Assembly (NCBI GenBank): GCA_965277405.1
Contig: OZ255726.1
Location: 192,001 to 256,000 of the forward strand
DNA from: Gammaproteobacteria bacterium
GTDB taxonomy: Bacteria > Pseudomonadota > Gammaproteobacteria > G965277405
Length of the DNA: 64,000 nt
Reading direction: 5' to 3'
The notes beneath the pieces were generated by a model that saw only the letters and a program-made list of their open reading frames with translations, was not told where the DNA came from and ran no database searches. Below are positions 53,247 through 62,868 of the stretch, piece by piece; position 1 is the stretch's first letter; each line of letters starts with the position of its first letter. A program made the translations under genes and the position numbers.

Positions 53247-53445
53247 AGTATCCTCTTTTGGACAATTAGGCCACAATTAAGCAGCAAGAGAGCGCGGCAT
53301 TGTAGGCATCAACTCAATCAATACAACAAAAATCTCAACGTTTTACCAACAATAAAGCTCGCATCATTAAAATAGCCGCATTTCGCTTATTGTATCCAAA
53401 ACCACTTCACATTCCAGCATCAAACAACTAGACTATAACCGCAAT

Positions 53446-53800
53446 GGGGGCGTCACGGCTTCGACGTTTACGACCACCTCTAGCGTGCATGCCGAGAGCA
53501 TCGTTGATCTCGTTAATCCCCGACGGTAAACAACTTAATTGCAGACGAAGAAAATTTCGCCTTAGCTGCCTAATAAACCAGCTACTTCGACCACCGCCAG
53601 CCTACGGGCTGTGACTCGAAGGTAACCCAGTAGGATCGCATGACGGTGTGCCTCACACCTGATTGTTAAAACCCTAGAGGATCGCTGTTGGTATTCCTGC
53701 TACTCGGTACCCCAACAGCTAAAACAATAGAGTTGCTAAGCATGTAGATCGTTACAGCTAATCTAAGCGGACGCGGGTTCAACTCCCGCCGCCTCCACCA
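53446..53800 (+). ncRNA. ssrA: tmRNA; tag peptide (A)ADEENFALAA
   Basis: 5' GGGGGCG pairs with CGCCTCC-ACCA; T-arm GGTTCAACTCC; tag frame 53541-53573. Confidence 0.96.
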
Positions 53801-53809
53801 CCAACACCT

Positions 53810-53839
53810 AAAGGTCGACGTTCTCTATCGGCCTTTTTT
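53810..53839 (+). terminator. Terminator after tmRNA
   Basis: AAAGGTCGA...TCGGCCTTTTTT. Confidence 0.7.
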
Positions 53840-53861
53840 ATTGCCTACTCCTGCGGGTGCT

Positions 53862-53905
53862 TATGGGGTAATGACGATTCTTATAGACTTCGTTGTTGAG
53901 CCTAA
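53862..53905 (+). repeat. 44-bp direct repeat, copy 1 (copy 2 at 60103-60147); left boundary of AT-rich islet
   Basis: TATGGGGTAATGACGATTCTTATAGACTTCGTTGTTGAGCCTAA. Confidence 0.92.
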
Positions 53906-54126
53906 TCGGTAGTATTTCACTCTAAAAACACTCTCTAACCCAGATATTCTCTGCACCCATCTACCACCCCTATCCCGAAGTCCATTAAAGATAAAATAAA
54001 AAGTGCTTTTAAATCAAAAGCTATTAGTTGTTGATTGATTATTAAGAATATTTTTTCACAGTAGCTGTAGTGTTCCAGCAGTCGTTTAAAACTCAAGGTG
54101 GCACACTCATCTGGTATCTTGTTAAA

Positions 54127-54769
54127 GGAAGCTCTGAACAATTCACTACATTTAATTTTCACGCCGCATACATGTTCAAAAACCATAAACTCACAAGCTG
54201 TGAAGCTGTGAAGCTGTGAAGCTGTTTTTGTTCATTTTTTAGTGTTTTTCATGCGTTTTTGCTGAATTTCCTATGTTTTGGACGCACTAACCCTGTGGTT
54301 GCGGTAAATATTTGTGACTGTGCATGAGGCTTGTAAGCCAGGCTACCATCTATAGTCGGTTGGTATTTTTTGCTAAGCATTTATATTTATTTATATATAA
54401 TGTAGCGGACCTTGCTATATCCAAACATTCCTTGCATATAAAAGAATACATGCTCAACTTTGGCACGGACACTGGCTGGCAATTTCTCAAGCTGCTGCAC
54501 GCCACTGCTTGCTTTCAACTGACACTACATGCCGATAGTTGACTCGCCATCCACTATTGCCCGTTGTTGATGTTCCAATCTTGCTGCACAGTTATATAAC
54601 CCGCATCGACAAAAAAACGCCGTTCATCGCCATGTAACAGCTGAAAAACGCTACGCTAACGTCGTTGCAGCACGTGATAATACCCTGCAGTATAGGCCGC
54701 GGGTTTCGCTTAAGTTATTATCAGCGTTGTTGTTTCGTGTCGCCCATCATGGATTTAATCAGAGATTAC
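54127..54769 (-). mobile_element. Decayed IS5-family (InsH-like) element: TIR, transposase remnant, MITE-type end
   Basis: TIR GGAAGCTCTGAACAATTC at 54127; LLHGDERRFFVDAGY and ASVRAKVEHVF...FGYSKVRY...LAKN at ~54295-54643; MITE half 54644-54769. Confidence 0.88.
54195..54225 (+). repeat. 8-bp tandem repeat (AAGCTGTG), about 4 units
   Basis: Direct reading. Confidence 0.9.
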
Positions 54770-55170
54770 TGAACTGCTTCCATGGAATAACAGCAGTTAA
54801 TTTCTCAGAAAAATTCCCTACATGTTTTGCGTTTGTTATGTGAGTATTCCGACTCTGCAAACGTCATTTGTTTTATATTAAATCTCAAAAACAATAGTCT
54901 GTACATTATGGCAGATTAGTAGCTTTTGGGCAATTATAAGAGATGTCTTAGAGTAGTAATTTAAAACACTTTTTACATATTGAAACAAAAAATGTTCATA
55001 TGGCAATTTTTATTTTTTAGAAACACTGTGTTTATATAGCTGTCATTTTAAGAAGTATATAATATCATAATTCTTAAACCTGTACTATATGGCTTTACTT
55101 CCGACAATCACTTAAATACTAGTGATTGAATTTTCTTTAGAAATGCATCATTAATACTGTGTCTAAGATA

Positions 55171-57468
55171 TTACTCTCCAATTATATGAAAATTATTTAT
55201 AAAACATATAGCTATTTGAACTAAATCAAATTCATCAGTTATGTTTAATTTATAAAATTTTATAGAATCATCACGTTTTTTATCTTGCACTTTTATAAGT
55301 TTAAATTTAGTGTGCGTATCAGACACCACTAATTCATTTGGTATTTCTACTTCCCAATAATTATTTTTAGGGTATAACTTAACACCATTTTTACAAAAAA
55401 GAGGAGTATGATTAGAATTATAAACCCAACTATCGCCATTTATTTGTTTAGAGTCAACTGATTCCGACTGTATAACCGCTTTATTTAATATATCTGTATG
55501 ATAACTGCTTAGTGAAGTACCATTAATATATTCAACCCTAAACCCAGCAACATCATGCACTGTAAAAGCATAAACAGCCCATTTGTTTTTATTTGTAGTA
55601 ATTTGAGGATATTTTAAAAAATAATAAATCCAGCTTTTTGAATTTTCTTTTTTAAGACCTGAATCAATTAATTTATCTAACTTAACTAATATAGAAATAC
55701 TATCTTCTAACAACGCAAGGGCTGTTATATATTCTTTTAATATCTTCTTTAAATTTTTTTTATTTTCATTATACTCATAACTAGAAAATATTGTATGCCA
55801 TTTATCACTTTTACCAAAAAAACGCAAATCCCCAAAAGATGACGACCACCCTATTGAAATAGAATAATCTCCTATAGATAACAAACTTCTAGTTATTAAA
55901 CTATCATCATGTATACCCCAAACATCATAAATTAAGTTTACTATTTTTTCTGTATTTATATCTTCGCTATATATAAAATCAAAATTATGAAGTGAACCTT
56001 TAAAATAATGATGGTCTTCTAGCTTATGAATATGTTTTTTAATAACGTCATTATTATGGATGTATTTAGCCTTATGTATTTCGTGACCAATGTTGTCTTC
56101 TCTAAATCCAAACTTTTTTTCATCAGTAAGTTTTAGATAAACATTATCTGAATCATAGATTAAATGAATGGTTTTAATTATATTTACGTATTCACTAACC
56201 CTTAAATCAGAAACAAGTACATCTTTATTCGCCAAATTAATTCTGAGAATAAAGTTTCTGATAACTCTTAGATAATCTTTTAGGTTGTCAGTAATATCTA
56301 ATTTAAGATTGGTCATGCCTTGATAATAAAGAATAGCATAAAGCAATAATTTATGTTTATGGTCAAAATTTAAACCATTAATACAGTTGCTGAACAGGTT
56401 AATTTCATCATCGAACAGTGCTATCTTTTGGCTTTCATATCTACAAGAAAATAATTCTAAAAAGAAATTATTTAACTGTTCTTTAAAATTAAAATTATTA
56501 TTATTAACAAATAAACCAAACGCCTTAAATAAGAAATTTAGATTTTCTTCAGATTTAAATATTTGTATAACATCAATATCTGTAGTCTCAAATTTATGGA
56601 CTTCATTTTGATAATAAAGCATTTCTGCTATATATTTTATAAAATTATGTAATAGCTCATCAACTTCATTTTTTTCAGTTCGAAAATCCCAAAATAAATC
56701 ACACCAAACCCCATCAATATTTGTTTTAAAATAATCACTTACTTCTTTTGAGTGATGTTCTTCAATAAAATTTTGAAATTTTGCTTTAAAAATTTCAAAA
56801 TCTGTAAGTTGTTTTCCTCTAGCGTTCATTTTTATATATAAATCACCGTTTAATTTATACTCTTCCAAATTTAAAAAATTAAATGTAATTATAGGGTCTT
56901 CATTTCTAGTTAACGCATGATAGTAACATGTTGCACCAAATTTTTCTTGGATTGCATCTAGCATTACCAGCATCCCTTTTATTGTTGGGTCTAACTCCCA
57001 AGAATAATAAAACCAAGATGAGTCTTTTATTATATCTGATATATTTAATTGCTCCCAGTTACTAACATCAAAGTTATTTTTCAATAAAGCGTTGCAAAAT
57101 TCTCTTGAACTAACTCTAGTCTCGTAAGTAAATTTAGACTTCGCACCATCTTGCATTACAGATTTAAAATCTTCTATTTTTTTTGAAATATGAGCCATAT
57201 ACCAATACAACAAAAACAATGTTGTTAGTCTTTGTTGACCATCAAGTGGTATAAATTTATTTTCGCTATTCATATAACCATAAATAAAATCTAAATGTAT
57301 ATTTATATCTTGCTCAAGTTTAGTTTTTATACTATCTAAAAATCTAGTTCTTACTTCCTTTGTCGAATCTCTACCTTGCGCATAATCCCTTTGTATAATT
57401 GGAATCTCTATCTCGCAACCATACTTTTTAAAGAGTTTAATAAAGGTTAATTGCTCTCCTTTTTCCAT
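55171..57468 (-). CDS. DUF262 (GmrS/ParB-Srx-like) protein with long uncharacterised C-terminus
   Basis: IPIIQRDYAQG, DGQQRLTTL, YIKMNARGKQLT; strongly AT-rich. Confidence 0.88.
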   Translation of the reverse strand: MEKGEQLTFIKLFKKYGCEIEIPIIQRDYAQGRDSTKEVRTRFLDSIKTKLEQDINIHLDFIYGYMNSENKFIPLDGQQRLTTLFLLYWYMAHISKKIEDFKSVMQDGAKSKFTYETRVSSREFCNALLKNNFDVSNWEQLNISDIIKDSSWFYYSWELDPTIKGMLVMLDAIQEKFGATCYYHALTRNEDPIITFNFLNLEEYKLNGDLYIKMNARGKQLTDFEIFKAKFQNFIEEHHSKEVSDYFKTNIDGVWCDLFWDFRTEKNEVDELLHNFIKYIAEMLYYQNEVHKFETTDIDVIQIFKSEENLNFLFKAFGLFVNNNNFNFKEQLNNFFLELFSCRYESQKIALFDDEINLFSNCINGLNFDHKHKLLLYAILYYQGMTNLKLDITDNLKDYLRVIRNFILRINLANKDVLVSDLRVSEYVNIIKTIHLIYDSDNVYLKLTDEKKFGFREDNIGHEIHKAKYIHNNDVIKKHIHKLEDHHYFKGSLHNFDFIYSEDINTEKIVNLIYDVWGIHDDSLITRSLLSIGDYSISIGWSSSFGDLRFFGKSDKWHTIFSSYEYNENKKNLKKILKEYITALALLEDSISILVKLDKLIDSGLKKENSKSWIYYFLKYPQITTNKNKWAVYAFTVHDVAGFRVEYINGTSLSSYHTDILNKAVIQSESVDSKQINGDSWVYNSNHTPLFCKNGVKLYPKNNYWEVEIPNELVVSDTHTKFKLIKVQDKKRDDSIKFYKLNITDEFDLVQIAICFINNFHIIGE

Positions 57469-57472
57469 TATC

Positions 57473-59254
57473 TTAGTTATTTTCTGGTTTATTATTTGTT
57501 GAAGTGTAAACTTTAAGTGTTTCGTTTATAGCATCTAGATAATCACCTGCATCAGTACTTTGCCAAAACAATAACCCATCAGATTTTTTAGAGTAATATT
57601 TTAAGAATACATTTTTTGTGCATATTGGAACAAAAGAACCTTTTTTGTCATTCTCAATAATTCTATTTCTCTTGATGGGGAAATCCGCATTTTTACAACC
57701 CCTATTAGTATGGGCGTCTAATAAAGTTAAATTTGAAATAGAGCTTATTAAACTATCTTCACTATTTTTACTGAATTCTCCTAAAACTAAATTATAAACC
57801 TGATTAAATTCACAATCTGAAAACTTGTCTTGCCTTAACAATTGAATAGTTAATTTTTTAATTTCATTCCTAGTATTCAAAATTTCTTGGTTAGCAGAAA
57901 AAGGATATCCTAAACAATACTCAAAAATATTATTTAACCATTTTTTTTGTTTAACTAGACCGTCGGGCTTATCAGATTGTATTGAGCGAATGTGCTCTAT
58001 ATCCCAATTTTCTTTTTTATATTCATCAAAAGGAAATCTAATATTAGATTTTTTATTATTTATTATCGTTTGAATATTGAAAAGCAATAGCACGTCTTTC
58101 AAATGCTCATCTTTATATTTTAATTCGCGTATTACAACCTCTTTTAACTGTTTTTCAATAAAGTTTTTAAGGCATTCTTTAAAATCTGTTTTTGTTTTTG
58201 ACCAGGATTTTTCTACTAGGCTATTAATCGATAAATCAAATTTTGAATGAATAAGATAACCTATTAAATGATAAAATTCACTGTTATGATACCATTGCTC
58301 AATTGTCATAAAATATTGTTTTACTTCACTCCAAATGGCATCAATACTTTTTACTTCAAACTCTTCTTGAAATTTATAAAATGTAAAATTATCTTCATCA
58401 GTTGATTTTTTACCCACCATCAAATCAAAAATAAATTCTATACGCGCGTCATATTTATTTAAGTCTGTACTAATAAAATACCAAAATTTATCATCTTGTA
58501 GCGTATTTTCAATCCTATCCCATTCGACGGCAATTTCTAATTGTTTTAAATATATATTTCTCTGATCATTAAAATTAACCTTTTTTAAAAGCCAGGATTT
58601 TATTAATTCAGAATTGGTTAAAGGTATTTTACCTGCATTAGTATTTATAAAACATTCATTAGCATTTTTATCTACTACTTCGTACCAAATAAACCGTACA
58701 TTCTTCCCTGTGTCGTTGTTATTAAGTATCGTTTTGGATATATCCAATTTTACATTTACAACTTCATCTTCATCTTCTTTGTTAAACCACTCTTCAATAG
58801 TTTTATAAGCCTCAGCCATATAGTAATAGTCGATATTATCGTATTTTTTTTTTGTTCTAATACAGTCATCATACTTTTGTGTTTGACCAATATTGTCTAA
58901 AAAAACCTCAACATCTGGTCTTGTTTGGTATTTTAATTTATATTTTTTGTTACCTAATATATTTGTTTTTTTATTTAGATAAGTAAGTATTAAATAAATT
59001 GTTGTTATTCTTTGTTGACCATCTACAAGTGTCCAAGTATTTTTTATTTTAGAAACAATTAAAGGTTGCAAACAATAAAAAACGTCTTTAGATTTATTTT
59101 CACTTTGGGTTCTAAATTCCCAAATATCATCTAATAGATTTTTCACTTGGCTTTTTTTCCATCTATAACCTCTTTGATATGAAGGAATAATAAAAACCTC
59201 TCCTAATAAATCACTTATAGACTTTAAGACTAACCCGCTATCGTTTACACTCAT
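57473..59254 (-). CDS. DUF262 + DUF1524 (HNH) GmrSD-like modification-dependent restriction nuclease
   Basis: IPSYQRGYRW, DGQQRITT, NAGKIPLT; C-terminal WDIEHI...ISNLTLL...TN. Confidence 0.9.
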   Translation of the reverse strand: MSVNDSGLVLKSISDLLGEVFIIPSYQRGYRWKKSQVKNLLDDIWEFRTQSENKSKDVFYCLQPLIVSKIKNTWTLVDGQQRITTIYLILTYLNKKTNILGNKKYKLKYQTRPDVEVFLDNIGQTQKYDDCIRTKKKYDNIDYYYMAEAYKTIEEWFNKEDEDEVVNVKLDISKTILNNNDTGKNVRFIWYEVVDKNANECFINTNAGKIPLTNSELIKSWLLKKVNFNDQRNIYLKQLEIAVEWDRIENTLQDDKFWYFISTDLNKYDARIEFIFDLMVGKKSTDEDNFTFYKFQEEFEVKSIDAIWSEVKQYFMTIEQWYHNSEFYHLIGYLIHSKFDLSINSLVEKSWSKTKTDFKECLKNFIEKQLKEVVIRELKYKDEHLKDVLLLFNIQTIINNKKSNIRFPFDEYKKENWDIEHIRSIQSDKPDGLVKQKKWLNNIFEYCLGYPFSANQEILNTRNEIKKLTIQLLRQDKFSDCEFNQVYNLVLGEFSKNSEDSLISSISNLTLLDAHTNRGCKNADFPIKRNRIIENDKKGSFVPICTKNVFLKYYSKKSDGLLFWQSTDAGDYLDAINETLKVYTSTNNKPENN

Positions 59255-59801
59255 ATTAACCCTGTTTCCCTAGTCAATAATTTTGAATCATCACCTCGCG
59301 GATTTCAATCGCTAGCACGAACATTGAATTTTGATGGACTGTGAGCGCAACTCACGACCCATCAACCAATGTGGTATTATTATACCAAAGACATATACGA
59401 GACTGACAAAGTGCAATGTTACAAGATTTATGAAAGAGTGGCAAACAAACGTTCACATTTTAAAATAGCTGTTCTAATCAACAGATATCACGGCACTGTT
59501 TCAAATTAAGCAAACGTAGATTTGCGTGATTATAACAAAACCAGACTGAAGAGAGTCTCGCTGGCAACATCAAAGCAAGCTAAAATATAGAAAACTAACC
59601 CCTGATATTCGTTCACTCATTGTATAAAACATAAGGAACGAATGCAGTCCTGAACAAATATTAAGGCCAGAACAACTGCAATTTAGATTTAAAAAAGAAG
59701 GATTTACCATGGTTTGTGCAACCACAAGTTACTTTTTTATTCAACAAGATAAAGTTTCCAGAGGCAATCTGTACAAGCACCTATTGCATAACAAACCCCA
59801 A

Positions 59802-60102
59802 GGAAGCTCTGATTCATTCCATGATGGGCGAGACGGAGCATAAACGCTCGATGATAACTTAAGCGCAGTGCGCAGCTAACACTGGTGCAGTCTTTGTGGG
59901 CATTGCCAAGTGCTGCAGCGACTTAGTAGCGTTTTTTTTCCGTCGCTGTGTTGCATATACTTTGGGTTTGCGGCAATTGCTTACGCTTACTGTGTTGCAT
60001 CCATTGGTGTATATGCTACGGCATGCGCTTAGCGGTTTGCGCCTTGCAATCATCAGCAATTGCAGGCAAACTCACTCCATCAGCGAGTTAATCAGAGGTT
60101 CC
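59802..60102 (+). mobile_element. IS5-type MITE copy at right edge of islet
   Basis: GGAAGCTCTGATTCATTC...GAGTTAATCAGAGGTTCC; no matching TSD. Confidence 0.9.
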
Positions 60103-60147
60103 TATGGGGGTAATGACGATTCTTATAGACTTCGTTGTTGAGCCTAA
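60103..60147 (+). repeat. 44-bp direct repeat, copy 2 (one extra G)
   Basis: Matches 53862-53905. Confidence 0.92.
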
Positions 60148-60406
60148 CCCCAAGATTGCTGTCTTTTATATTAGTATTTTTTCACAAGTGGCCGCTCCTA
60201 GTCTTCCAAATATTGTCCTGTTTGTCTTTGGAGGACAGCTAGTCCTTCAATCATTGCTGTTTTGGTCAACTTTTGCTGCGCTATCTCGGGCAGGAATAAT
60301 TTCAAGAGCAATTAATAAGGCGAACGGGTGGGTCGATATAGCTTTTGGAGGAGCATTAGTATCGTTCGCGGTGTATTTGCTTTGGAGTGGCCTATGGAAC
60401 CTCTGA
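60146..60406 (+). pseudogene. 5'-truncated LysE/RhtB translocator; stop codon supplied by MITE
   Basis: NPKIAVFYISIFSQ...WVDIAFGGALVSFAVYL is the C-terminal half only. Confidence 0.75.
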
Positions 60407-60681
60407 TTAAGTCCATGACGGGCGAGACGGAGAAAAAACGCTGATGATAACTAGACGCAGTGCGCAGATAATACTGGTGGTATTATCAAGTGCTGCAACG
60501 ACGTTAGAGCAGCGTTTTTTCCCGTCCTTCTATTGAATATATGATGGTTTGCCTACAAGCGGTACTTGCTGTGTTGCATCCCTTGGCGTATATGCTACGG
60601 CATGCGCTTAGCGGTTTGCGCCTTGCAATCATCAGCAATTGCAGGCAAACTCGCTCCATCAGCTACTTAATCAGAGCTTCC
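60396..60681 (+). mobile_element. IS5-type MITE, full-length copy
   Basis: GGAACCTCTGATTAAGT...ACTTAATCAGAGCTTCC; CTAT duplicated on both sides. Confidence 0.93.
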
Positions 60682-60683
60682 CT

Positions 60684-61274
60684 ATGAACCAGAACCAATC
60701 TAAACTTGAAACTGTAGACTGGACAAAAATTGTACAACCCAAGGACGATGGGGCCGCAAGCCATCTCGTTGGTATGGTTATGCCTCGGATGAGTTTACCT
60801 TCCACAAGCGGAGGGATGGTGGATGTTGGTTGCTTAACAGGATTAAGTGTTATCTTTTTCTATCCAATGACGGGACGGCCTGACATTCCATTGCCAGAGG
60901 GTTGGGATGAAATCCCAGGTGCTAGAGGGTGCACCCCACAATCTTGTGCATTTAGGGACCACTACAATAGTTTTATTGATCATAGGGTTTACTCTGTATT
61001 TGGAATTTCAACACAGGATACTACATATCAGCAAGAAGCATCTAATCGACTTCATCTCCCATATCCTTTGCTGTCAGATAATAGATTATGTTTAGCCAAA
61101 GTCTTAAGGCTACCAACGATGTTGGTTTATAGTATGACACTTATAAAAAGGATAACATTGGTACTTCGAGAGAACGTGGTCGAGAAAGTATTCTATCCTG
61201 TTTTCCCGCCTGATAAGAATGCTGAGAATGTCCTCAAATATTTAGCATCCACGCCCCACCTGTCGGGAGAATAA
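60684..61274 (+). CDS. Peroxiredoxin (BCP/redoxin family)
   Basis: YPMTGRP...WDEIPGARGCTPQSCAFRD, VFYPVFPP; ATG at 60684 overlaps the MITE TSD. Confidence 0.88.
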   Translation: MNQNQSKLETVDWTKIVQPKDDGAASHLVGMVMPRMSLPSTSGGMVDVGCLTGLSVIFFYPMTGRPDIPLPEGWDEIPGARGCTPQSCAFRDHYNSFIDHRVYSVFGISTQDTTYQQEASNRLHLPYPLLSDNRLCLAKVLRLPTMLVYSMTLIKRITLVLRENVVEKVFYPVFPPDKNAENVLKYLASTPHLSGE

Positions 61275-61279
61275 GTTTG

Positions 61280-61579
61280 GGAAGCTCTGATTCATTCCAT
61301 GATGGGCGAGACGGAGCAACAACGCTCGATGATAACTTAAGCGCAGTGCGCAGCTAACACTGGTGCAGTTTTTGTGGATATTGCCAAGTGCTGCAGCGAC
61401 TTAGTAGCGTTTTTTTCCGTCCCTTTTTTGAATATACTTTCGGTTTGCGGCAATTGCTTACGTTTGCTGTGTTGCATCCGTTGGTGTATATGCTAGGTCA
61501 TGCGCTTTGCGTTTTGCGCCTTGCAATCATCAACAATTACCAACAAAATCGCAGCATCAGCGAGTTAATCAGAACTTGC
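61280..61579 (+). mobile_element. IS5-type MITE copy
   Basis: GGAAGCTCTGATTCATTC...GAGTTAATCAGAACTTGC. Confidence 0.9.
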
Positions 61580-61828
61580 TTATACGTTCAACCAATGCCA
61601 CCCTTTAAAAATAGAAATATATAATTTTGCTGGTAATGTATCTCTAACCCAGTAATATTATAATTGCAGATGGTTTTTAGACTGATGTTGCTAATTACCC
61701 ATTATAGAAAACAATGTGCATGACTAAAAATAAAATTATTCAACATAACGTTCACTTGCAAGCCTGCTACACAACTAAAATCGCTACGCCGAATCAATTG
61801 TGTGCTGACAATAATCAGGGGATAAACT

Positions 61829-62608
61829 ATGGCACTTAGCGTAGTCGACATCAATTGTGACATGGGCGAAGCTTACGGTCGGTGGCGTATGGGCGATACC
61901 GACGATTCACGGCTGATCGAACTCATTAGTTCTGCAAGTGTGGCGACGGGTTTTCATGCCGGCGACCCCAATCTTATGGATCAGACCGTGCGGCTTGCTG
62001 TGCAGCATGGTGTTAATGTCGGAGCTCATCCAGGTTATCAGGATCTTCAGGGTTTTGGCAGGAGAAAAATCGCAGGTAGTAACGCAGAAATCGTCAATGA
62101 CATCGTATATCAAGTTGGTGCATTGCGTGAATTTTGCCGACGACATACCACGGTCATCCAGCATGTGAAGCCGCATGGGGCGCTGTATATGGAGATGGCA
62201 ACTAATGAAGAACTATCCAGATCGTTCATCCAGACAATGCGCACCATAGCTCCCAACACCTTTGTTTTTTGCATGGGGATGTCCGCGACCTATCGTATCG
62301 CCCAAGCAGCCGGTCAACCGACAATTCGCGAGTTTTTTGCCGATCGTGATTATGATGATACTGGGTCTATAGTTTTCACGCGTCAGGTGGAACAACTCCA
62401 ACCACGCGCAGTAGCTGCAAAGGTTGTGCGTGCCTGCCTTGAAGGAAAAGTTAGCACAATCACAGGTGGAGATATTGATATCGAATTTGAGTCGATTTGT
62501 TTTCACTCTGACTCTCCAGGCAGTTCTGCAATTGCTCACGCAATGCGCGCAGCACTCGATGCAAATGGTATTAGAGTTGCCCCCGTTGCAAAAATAATTA
62601 CAACATAA
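61829..62608 (+). CDS. pxpA: 5-oxoprolinase subunit A (LamB/YcsF family)
   Basis: DINCDMGE, GFHAGDP, GAHPGY, HVKPHGALY, FADR, CFHSD. Confidence 0.9.
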   Translation: MALSVVDINCDMGEAYGRWRMGDTDDSRLIELISSASVATGFHAGDPNLMDQTVRLAVQHGVNVGAHPGYQDLQGFGRRKIAGSNAEIVNDIVYQVGALREFCRRHTTVIQHVKPHGALYMEMATNEELSRSFIQTMRTIAPNTFVFCMGMSATYRIAQAAGQPTIREFFADRDYDDTGSIVFTRQVEQLQPRAVAAKVVRACLEGKVSTITGGDIDIEFESICFHSDSPGSSAIAHAMRAALDANGIRVAPVAKIITT

Positions 62609-62622
62609 ACAGGAAGAAAATA

Positions 62623-62868
62623 ATGGCCAAATTAGAGATAAAATCACCAATACCAGGAACATTTTATCGCAGACCATCTCCCGAAAATCCTGTCTTCAAA
62701 GCAGACGGGTCAGACGTTGCCACAGCCGATGTTATTGGCTTAGTCGAGGTAATGAAGACATTTCACGAAATCACCGCTGGCGTAGCTGGAAAATCGATTA
62801 ACTTTTTGATTGAGGACTCTGAACCAGTAATGGCAGGTCAAATTGTTGCAGAAGTAGAAGAGTTGTGA
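62623..62868 (+). CDS. Biotin carboxyl carrier protein
   Basis: SPIPGTFYRRPSP, EVMK biotinylation motif. Confidence 0.9.
   Translation: MAKLEIKSPIPGTFYRRPSPENPVFKADGSDVATADVIGLVEVMKTFHEITAGVAGKSINFLIEDSEPVMAGQIVAEVEEL

Noticed and set aside
53935-54542. ORFs 53935-54186 and 54324-54542
   Set aside because: One spans an IS terminal repeat and the other is antisense to the transposase remnant
59492-59505. GGCACTGTTTCAAA resembling an IS6/IS26 terminal repeat
   Set aside because: Single 14-bp near-match with no partner end or transposase; may be chance
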